DNA from: Planctomycetota bacterium
Lineage (GTDB): Bacteria; Planctomycetota; UBA8108; SXIK01
NCBI GenBank assembly: GCA_965223265.1
Contig: OZ244999.1
Location: forward strand, 7,040,001-7,104,000
Reading direction: 5' to 3'
Length of the DNA: 64,000 nucleotides
Below the pieces are notes generated by a model, which saw nothing but the letters and a program-made list of their open reading frames with translations, made no database searches and was not told where the DNA came from. This document shows positions 57,540 to 64,000 of the stretch, piece after piece (the first letter of the stretch is position 1; the number at the start of each line of letters is the position of its first letter). The position numbers and the translations under genes are program-made.

Positions 57540-58095
57540 CTTGAACCTCCACGTTTTGTCTCCACTTACCGACGCTATGAACCACGAACGACATGGTGAA
57601 CTTGAGCTGCCCCGGTTGCTTCGGATCGGCGTTGAACGTGACCCGATCGACGGTGACCGGAAAACCAAGGCGCGGTAGTGCATGAAGGAAGCGCGCCACT
57701 GCGCTGACAGTCCCCTGCCCCTCGGTTTGAACAACAGCCAGCTGGCCACTCGCAACACTCGACGACGTCTCCTTTGACGGGCCGAGGCCAACTCCGTGCG
57801 TCTTCGCCGCCTCGCTGACCGCGGTACCGGCTTCGCTGACGAGAGTCGTGTCGTCGAGGCTGGCCGGATCCATGCCGAAGACTTCTCGATACTTTCTCCG
57901 TCGAGCCTGCCGATCTCGAGCTGTCAGCACCTTCGCCTGCAGAGCCGTCGCTTCGTCACGCAGCGTCTGATAGCTTTGCTCCCAGGCGACGAGGCGTCCC
58001 CAGCCTTCGACCCCGTAGAAGAACACTAGGTAAACAGCCAAGACGCCTAAGGCGATGCGGACGGTGCGCCGTTCTCTATCGGACAGTTTTTGCAT
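57532..58095 (-). CDS. gspM: GspM/PilO-like T2SS protein
   Basis: KLSDRERR plus TM, coiled coil and a ferredoxin-like C-domain (GTVSAVARFLHAL); operon position. Confidence 0.7.
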   Translation of the reverse strand: MQKLSDRERRTVRIALGVLAVYLVFFYGVEGWGRLVAWEQSYQTLRDEATALQAKVLTARDRQARRRKYREVFGMDPASLDDTTLVSEAGTAVSEAAKTHGVGLGPSKETSSSVASGQLAVVQTEGQGTVSAVARFLHALPRLGFPVTVDRVTFNADPKQPGQLKFTMSFVVHSVGKWRQNVEVQDA

Positions 58096-58156
58096 TCCGT
58101 TTCCGCTTTCTTCGTAGCGTCATCTCGTTGCTTCTCGCTCTGTTTCGCCGCACGCG

Positions 58157-58244
58157 TTCACTTCATGGTTCATCGCATGGTTCATCGCATGGTTCATTGC
58201 ATGGATTCACTGCACGGATTCGTTGCATGGATTCACTGCACCGT
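58157..58244. repeat. Seven degenerate 12-13-bp tandem units TTCAyyGCAyGG(A) at the gspL stop
   Basis: ttcacttcatgg ttcatcgcatgg ttcatcgcatgg ttcattgcatgga ttcactgcacgga ttcgttgcatgga ttcactgcaccgt. Confidence 0.8.
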
Positions 58245-60068
58245 AGCCGGCTCGCTGTCGGTTCCGGCAGAAGGTGACGTGCTGCCCGCCGTTGAGCGTC
58301 GCGGATCGACCTGCGCACGTGATACCCCGTTGGCCGCTGGCGGCGTTGCTTGCTGATCTGGTGCTGCCGCTTTTGGCTCCACTTTCTCTGTCGGTGTCTC
58401 GCCTGGCGCTGGTTTCAACTTCTGCGCAGCCGATTCTGACCGTGGTGACTTCGAAACGATGTTAGTGCCGTTCGCAGCGGGCGCCGGTGTGCTGCCGTCA
58501 GACGAAACCGGTTTCGACTGTTCCACGATGCGAGCCAAGAATCGAAAGTCCGTGTGCTCTTCCTTGGGCACGAGTTCCTGCACCACGACTTGCGAGAACA
58601 AACCGCACGAGCTCAGCTTTTTGCGATATTCCTCAACATGCGGCCGCTGTTTGATTCGACCGCGCAGGCGGACTTCGCCGCGATGGTCCATCGAAAGCTC
58701 CGAGAGAAACGTCCCCTTCGGGGCGGCTGCCGCCAGCGAATGCATCGCTTCAAGATACGGTGCGGTGTTTACGCTTAGATTCTCGAAGAAGGCTAGCTCA
58801 CCTCCGATCGGTGGCAACGCCGAGAGTTCTTGACGATACCGCGCGATCTTCGCTTCGAGATCCGGTCGCGACAGAAGCGGCGGCAGAATCCTCAATGCGA
58901 TGACGCCGATCGTGAGTAGAACGCAGACCGTCGCCCAGCGCGCGACGGTCGCCGGGCGTCGTGCCTCTTTCACGTTCGGAGATTCCGTCACAGTCTCGAA
59001 GCGCATCGCGACCGGCAAGCCGTTGACCATTTTTTCGCGCTGATTCGAAGCGAGTGCAGTCGTCACCACCGAACGGCCTGGCCCGGCTGGCGGCTCGGGC
59101 ACGTCGACACGGACCTCGGAAGCAGTGACTCTGCGGAGTGATCGCTCCAGCGCGGCGCACGATTCGCGTCGATCTGCGGCATGGCTCAAGACGACGACAC
59201 GCATCGGGGAGCCGGAGCGCTCCGCCACGCCCGCCGCACTCCACGCGTCGCGAATCTCTGCAGCCAGCTCTCGGGCACGCGTCGCGACCAAGTCTGGCGC
59301 CCCATCAGAGGCAAGCCTCGAGGCTACGTCGGCGTTCGAAGCGCCTGGCCGTTGCTGCTCGGCATCGCTTGTCGTACCGCCATTGAGCCCCGACTCCGAC
59401 ACGTCGTCCTGTACGCCACAGCCCCATGGAAGACTTCTCAGGAGTACTGGGTGACCCGCCTCCACGACGACCAGCTCGGTGTGAGATTTGCGGATGTCGA
59501 CAACACAGACCGCGCCGCGCTCCTCCACGAACGGCCAAGCCGCCGCAAGAATGCCCAGCGTGAACGTCGCTCTGACTCCGCCGTCCGCGAGGACATCGCG
59601 AAGCTCGCAGAGCACCTCCCGGCGCACGACAGCAACAAGGTGAGCTCGTGTAGCGTCGGCATCACGGGACCGGTGATTTCGCCCAAGCGGCGCCCATGGG
59701 AGAGACGCGACCGCGAGCCGTTCGATCGCCACCGGCATCTCGCGTTCGAGCTGTAGACGCAGCAGCCGCTCTGTCTCAGTGGGAGCCGCGCTTGGGACCT
59801 CAACTCGGCGCAGGGTCACACCACGGCAGGAGATACCGCAAAGCCCTGACCGCAGCTGCCGCTCGCGAAGGGCAGCGTCTCGAGGCAGACCGAAGAGTTC
59901 GCGCAGCCCCCGACGCACTGCTTCGCGCGACGATGCCGTGATGCTCCCATCGGCGGAGCGATCGATCGCGATTTCGGTTCCCGTCTCGCCCCACAACACA
60001 CTAACGGAATTCCAGCCGACGTCGATGAAAGGCATGCGGTTGCGTGCGGTCAGCGAAGCGCGTCTCAC
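58233..60068 (-). CDS. gspL: GspL-like (PilM/PilN-type fusion) T2SS protein
   Basis: Actin-like N-part (FIDVGWNSV, VVDIRKSHTELVVV), TM, PilN-like C-part (PKGTFLSELSM...VRLRG); operon position. Confidence 0.72.
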   Translation of the reverse strand: MRRASLTARNRMPFIDVGWNSVSVLWGETGTEIAIDRSADGSITASSREAVRRGLRELFGLPRDAALRERQLRSGLCGISCRGVTLRRVEVPSAAPTETERLLRLQLEREMPVAIERLAVASLPWAPLGRNHRSRDADATRAHLVAVVRREVLCELRDVLADGGVRATFTLGILAAAWPFVEERGAVCVVDIRKSHTELVVVEAGHPVLLRSLPWGCGVQDDVSESGLNGGTTSDAEQQRPGASNADVASRLASDGAPDLVATRARELAAEIRDAWSAAGVAERSGSPMRVVVLSHAADRRESCAALERSLRRVTASEVRVDVPEPPAGPGRSVVTTALASNQREKMVNGLPVAMRFETVTESPNVKEARRPATVARWATVCVLLTIGVIALRILPPLLSRPDLEAKIARYRQELSALPPIGGELAFFENLSVNTAPYLEAMHSLAAAAPKGTFLSELSMDHRGEVRLRGRIKQRPHVEEYRKKLSSCGLFSQVVVQELVPKEEHTDFRFLARIVEQSKPVSSDGSTPAPAANGTNIVSKSPRSESAAQKLKPAPGETPTEKVEPKAAAPDQQATPPAANGVSRAQVDPRRSTAGSTSPSAGTDSEPATVQ

Positions 60069-61570
60069 TGTATCTCCTGGTAACTGAGGATTTCGAAGCT
60101 GAAGCCGTCAAAGCGAAGGACGATCTCGACACGCCCACGAGCCGACGATGTCGGTACGACACCTTCACTTCGGATGCGGTAGGTCGATGGTCTGACTGCG
60201 AGTCGTGACGCTACGCTTTTGAGCTTCGCGTTCGTCATGCCCGCGACGTCCATCAGATGTGCGACGGTTTCGAAGGGCCCCTGCGCGTCTCGGTGAGTCA
60301 CGATGTTTCGCGCCGTCTCTTCATCCCATCCACTCAGGCTGGCAAGCACCGAATCCGTCGCGGTGTTGACGTTGACCGCCCCAGGAATGAACTCATCGTC
60401 CGACACTGTCACGTCGTCGGCGATCGACTTCAGAAGGTCGAGGTCGATCAACTTTTGACCACTTCCCTGCGCCGCATTTCCGCCCCCCAGATTCAGCGTC
60501 GTGGATGCGTCGGCGGAATTGTTCGTGGTCGTCGTCGAGCCACCGGATTCCGCTCCGCTGCCTGCGGCGCGGTTCTGATTGTTCGACGGCCGATTCGTCA
60601 CGTTGAGGAGATCTACGATGCTCTCCAGGGAGTTACTACCACGCCAGGCAACGATTTTCTCAGCCAGATCGCTGGAGATGCCGTCGACCTTTGCGAGTTC
60701 GTCCGCACTCGCGCGCTGGATGTTGACGCGGCGCTCACCCGCGGCATTGACATTCTCCATGCCCGAGTCGGTCGAGAGGTAAGACGACCAACCGCGGTCG
60801 AGAACGAGATCGCCGTTATCCAACGGCGGCGAGCGGTCACGATCTCGCTCTCCTGGATCGAGAATGCCGTTAGCATTAGCGTCTTCGCCAAGAAACGCTG
60901 GCGCCGCCACGCCGCGCACCATCAGTAGCTCTCTGAGAGTCTCGAACGGACCGTTTCGCACCGCGTACGGGCGGTCGAGCGACGAATAGTACTCCTGCTC
61001 CGCACCCTGCGGCGACGGCTCGTCGTCCCGATCTCGCCAGTCGACAAGCGCCGCTGCGACGTCCGGCTCAATGCCTGGCAGGCGGTCGAGCTCCTCAGCG
61101 CTGGCCGTGTTGACGTTCAGATGTCGCTCCTCATCGAGGAGTCCGTAGAAGACGCTATGTTCCCCTTCATCCTGACCGCCACGCCGAATAACGCTAAAGT
61201 ACCCGCGTCCAAGCTCCACTTGGCGAAAGGCGCGCTCGTCATTGAGAAGCTGCGAACGAAAACTCGTGCCGACGACCTTGCGCTCTTCTCGCTCCTGATA
61301 GATTAGGGCCTTCGCGGTCTCGACACCCGACAGAGCCAAATAGTGTGCCTGTGTTCGATCGCCGAAGTTCTTGGCGACGCGTAGGTCCAGCTGCGTCGTC
61401 TCCAAAACGCCAAAGACGACGACACTGAGAAGGACGACGCTCCAGAGCACCGCGACGAGCGCCGAGCCGGCGCTCGGAGGCCGCATCGCAACGCTGTCAG
61501 CTCGGCGAACGGGCGCGAGATCAACCCGCCGCGACAAGAGCAAGACTCGACCTAAAGCTAAAAGTTTCAT
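60065..61570 (-). CDS. gspK: GspK minor pseudopilin with multiple helix-hairpin-helix modules
   Basis: GSALVAVLW prepilin-like segment; AHYLALSGV; DEERHLNVNTA; ALVDWRD; NGPFETLRELLMVRG. ATGA overlap with gspJ. Confidence 0.85.
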   Translation of the reverse strand: MKLLALGRVLLLSRRVDLAPVRRADSVAMRPPSAGSALVAVLWSVVLLSVVVFGVLETTQLDLRVAKNFGDRTQAHYLALSGVETAKALIYQEREERKVVGTSFRSQLLNDERAFRQVELGRGYFSVIRRGGQDEGEHSVFYGLLDEERHLNVNTASAEELDRLPGIEPDVAAALVDWRDRDDEPSPQGAEQEYYSSLDRPYAVRNGPFETLRELLMVRGVAAPAFLGEDANANGILDPGERDRDRSPPLDNGDLVLDRGWSSYLSTDSGMENVNAAGERRVNIQRASADELAKVDGISSDLAEKIVAWRGSNSLESIVDLLNVTNRPSNNQNRAAGSGAESGGSTTTTNNSADASTTLNLGGGNAAQGSGQKLIDLDLLKSIADDVTVSDDEFIPGAVNVNTATDSVLASLSGWDEETARNIVTHRDAQGPFETVAHLMDVAGMTNAKLKSVASRLAVRPSTYRIRSEGVVPTSSARGRVEIVLRFDGFSFEILSYQEIQ

Positions 61571-62490
61571 TGCGGGCCCCCGGACGCCGACCCCGAATCG
61601 GCTGCGGATGCTTCGTCCGCGCCGCTCCTACCACTCAGCTGCAGCTGGACGACCGTCTCGAAAACGAGACGGTTGCTCTCAGCGTCGGTTTCTCCGAGTT
61701 CCCCCGGACTCGGCGGCAACTCGGTGCCGCGACGTCCGAACGACAGAGGTCGCTGGCGCTTGTCGTCTCCGTGGACGTCGGCGACGATCGTCAGACGGAC
61801 CGTGTCCGGCAGGCCGACGAGGTTCGGCGCCCAGAAGAAAGGATCCTCGCTGCGTCGTTCCAGCTGCCGACCAAATGTGAGGTCACCCCACGTCTCGTGC
61901 CAATCGAATCCATCGTAATATTCGATCCTTAGTCCACCGATGTCGTCGACGAGAAGATGGTGGACACCGCCAGCGCTGAGTTCGTCATCGATCGAGCTAT
62001 CGACCCGAAACCAGAGATCCAAAGCACCCGTAGCTTCGTTCTTTTTCACATAGTAACTCACCTCGCACAGATCTCCTTCGCCAGGCGCTCGCGGCTGCCA
62101 ATTGTGGGTGACAAAGTGAACGCTGTCAGCAGCAAGACCATCGACGTCGACGCGTTCACCAAGAAATGACGCGTCCTTTTCCCAGACGCACGCAGCGCGG
62201 AGGTCACGGCCCATGCGTCCTAGAACCACCCGGAGTTTCTGCACCGCATCCGCGCGAGCATCGACATCGCGCTGGCTCACGAGTCCAGCGTGAAGGCACA
62301 AATAGGCACTCGCAATGACGCCAGCCATAATCGAAGTGCCGACGATCAACTCGACGAGGGTGAATCCACGGCTCCCTCGCGGCGACACTATACCCGAGCC
62401 AAGGCCGCTGAGGACTGACCTTGATCGTCTCGTGTGTGCCAGGTGATGGGAGAGTGGCCTAGTTACCGAAGTCATCCGCTTTGCTTTCAT
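61567..62490 (-). CDS. gspJ: GspJ-like minor pseudopilin
   Basis: RGFTLVELIVG N-methylation site; RMGRDLR, EVSYY, LRIEYYDG and LPDTVRLTI motifs. Start uncertain (62490 or 62475). Confidence 0.8.
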   Translation of the reverse strand: MKAKRMTSVTRPLSHHLAHTRRSRSVLSGLGSGIVSPRGSRGFTLVELIVGTSIMAGVIASAYLCLHAGLVSQRDVDARADAVQKLRVVLGRMGRDLRAACVWEKDASFLGERVDVDGLAADSVHFVTHNWQPRAPGEGDLCEVSYYVKKNEATGALDLWFRVDSSIDDELSAGGVHHLLVDDIGGLRIEYYDGFDWHETWGDLTFGRQLERRSEDPFFWAPNLVGLPDTVRLTIVADVHGDDKRQRPLSFGRRGTELPPSPGELGETDAESNRLVFETVVQLQLSGRSGADEASAADSGSASGGPQ

Positions 62491-62516
62491 TGCGATCCTC
62501 AGCGCGGCGAGCCTGA

Positions 62517-63002
62517 TCAGCGCTCGTTTTGTCGTCGACGTTCCTGCCGGCGCTGTTCGATAGTCTGAGACTGCTCCCAAGGTTCAGGTGGTACTTCGAA
62601 GAGGAGAGAACTCAGCTCGTAAAGTGGTTCTTCTCTTTCTCCAAACGAGATCTGTACGACGACCTCGTGGAGACCATCGACTCCCGCATGACGGACCGAT
62701 TGACGCCAGTTGTAACGCGGAAAACTGCTACCGAAGTCGCCACTCTCGACACCAACGGCAAGGAGGCCATCTGCACGCAGGGTTTCGAGCTGTCCCCGGG
62801 CGAGAAATACGGCCATAGTGTATCGCTCGGCGTCCTTGCTCGACTTCAAAGATGCAGTAATGCCCTCCGTCAGACCGACGAGACCGATTCCGAGAACAAC
62901 GACAGCGCAAAGGATTTCCAGGAGAGAGAAGCCGGCATGGCACGGGATCGGAGTCGTCCTGCCGGACTCAAGACTCTCGGCAAGAAGTCGTCTCTGCTTC
63001 AT
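62517..63002 (-). CDS. gspI: GspI-like minor pseudopilin
   Basis: AGFSLLEILCAVVVLGIGL; GDF...RYNW; operon order. Confidence 0.8.
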   Translation of the reverse strand: MKQRRLLAESLESGRTTPIPCHAGFSLLEILCAVVVLGIGLVGLTEGITASLKSSKDAERYTMAVFLARGQLETLRADGLLAVGVESGDFGSSFPRYNWRQSVRHAGVDGLHEVVVQISFGEREEPLYELSSLLFEVPPEPWEQSQTIEQRRQERRRQNER

Positions 63003-63613
63003 CGGCTGCTCCCCCTCGGCTGTCGACCGAGATCGAGAACCCGCAGCCGCGACGTCAGCGGATTCAAGCGCAGCGCCAAAGCAAAACCGTCCGTGTCGTG
63101 AAGAACCACTTGGCGTCGCTCGGTGGTCCCGTCGGGTTCGAAGACAATCTCCGCAAGGCCTCGACCGCCGCCAGCAGCAGGACGCCCTTGGTTTGCCTGC
63201 GGCGGGGCTTCGCGGGCGCCGCTCTCACCGCCATCGCCCGCCCGATCCTCCATGACTTGGGCATTGACTGTCGGAGGGATCTCCCCCTTCCATCCAGGAA
63301 TCGACTCAAGGGTTTCGAATCCAGGTCCAGTCACATTGTCGGATTCGGCTTCCAACCAATATCGTTTCTCACTCGTGTTGAGTCGCCATCGGATACGCCG
63401 ACCTTGCGTGATGGCTTGACTCCGCGCCAACTGAATCGACGCGGCGATCCGACGCCCGCAGTCCTGCAACAGGAGCGTCTGACGAGTGCCCGAGAACTGC
63501 GGCAACACGGTTGCGGCGACGACAGCCAACACCACGATAACGACCATCAGCTCCACGAGCGTGAAACCGCTGTTCCAACTACCGCCACCGTGATGCCGCC
63601 GCCATGCCATCAT
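62999..63613 (-). CDS. gspH: GspH/FimT-like minor pseudopilin
   Basis: SGFTLVELMVVIVVL, QLARSQAI and IVFEPDG motifs. Confidence 0.85.
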   Translation of the reverse strand: MMAWRRHHGGGSWNSGFTLVELMVVIVVLAVVAATVLPQFSGTRQTLLLQDCGRRIAASIQLARSQAITQGRRIRWRLNTSEKRYWLEAESDNVTGPGFETLESIPGWKGEIPPTVNAQVMEDRAGDGGESGAREAPPQANQGRPAAGGGRGLAEIVFEPDGTTERRQVVLHDTDGFALALRLNPLTSRLRVLDLGRQPRGSSR

Positions 63614-63622
63614 GCCACTATG

Positions 63623-64000
63623 CTACGTATCGTTTCCGCCTGACTCCGATGGAGAGCTATACACGTCAGCGTTCTTTCCCTCTCCGCCGACCGCCCCGTC
63701 CGCGCCGTTCGACCACAAGTCATAACTGCCCGCGCCTCGACTTCCCGGATTTCGGTACTCGTACGCGTTTCCCCAGGGATCCGGAATGATCTCCTCAACG
63801 TAAGGACCTCGCCAAGTCTGCGCAGCGCCGGCTGGAGGCTTGACCAGCGCCTCCAACCCTTCTTGCGATGTCGGATAGCGGTCGACGTTCAGATAGAAGC
63901 GCTCCAAAGCAGACTTGAGAACTGCGATGTTCGAGCGCGCCTTGCTGACTTTGGCGTCGTAGGAGACGTTCGCGACTTTGGGGATGATTGTCGCCGCCAA
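63623..64000 (-). CDS. gspG: Major pseudopilin GspG, 5'-truncated by the window
   Basis: ALERFYLNVDRYPTSQEGLEALV, WRGPY, PDPWGNAYEYRNPG and YDLWSNGADG motifs. Confidence 0.92.
   Translation of the reverse strand: MAATIIPKVANVSYDAKVSKARSNIAVLKSALERFYLNVDRYPTSQEGLEALVKPPAGAAQTWRGPYVEEIIPDPWGNAYEYRNPGSRGAGSYDLWSNGADGAVGGEGKNADVYSSPSESGGNDT

Overview
GC-rich, gene-dense chromosomal window, most consistent with a Planctomycetota bacterium. The markers are a PSD1/DUF1549-DUF1553 cytochrome c protein, three DUF1501 proteins, three sulfatase domains, a kinase-linked ECF sigma factor and many dockerin-like proteins. I saw no rRNA, tRNA, CRISPR array, transposase or prophage. Main blocks: (i) four large secreted proteins that share one Cys-containing dockerin-like module, fused to a beta-helix passenger, seven Kunitz-like repeats, five PPC-like repeats, or a multidomain protein with a candidate N-terminal cohesin-like domain; (ii) an ECF sigma factor plus a membrane Ser/Thr kinase (PEGA/PDZ/FGE-sulfatase-like ectodomain) next to two of those genes, which are divergent and carry twin (C/T)GTCACA-N16-CGTTC ECF-type promoters; (iii) a BlaI/M56 pair with two operator palindromes, followed by two exported prenyltransferase-fold proteins; (iv) a TetR-regulated RND efflux operon; (v) a type II secretion gene cluster (gspG-H-I-J-K-L-M-C-D, cut at the window edge) with an elongated secretin and a GspK bearing three HhH modules; (vi) a family of composite intergenic elements made of hexamer simple repeats and a GTAG-type REP. 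The best candidate for an undescribed system is a kinase/ECF-controlled, non-cellulosomal dockerin-cohesin surface network that includes a seven-headed Kunitz-like protein with variable reactive-site residues. All family assignments come from motif recognition by eye; no database search was run.
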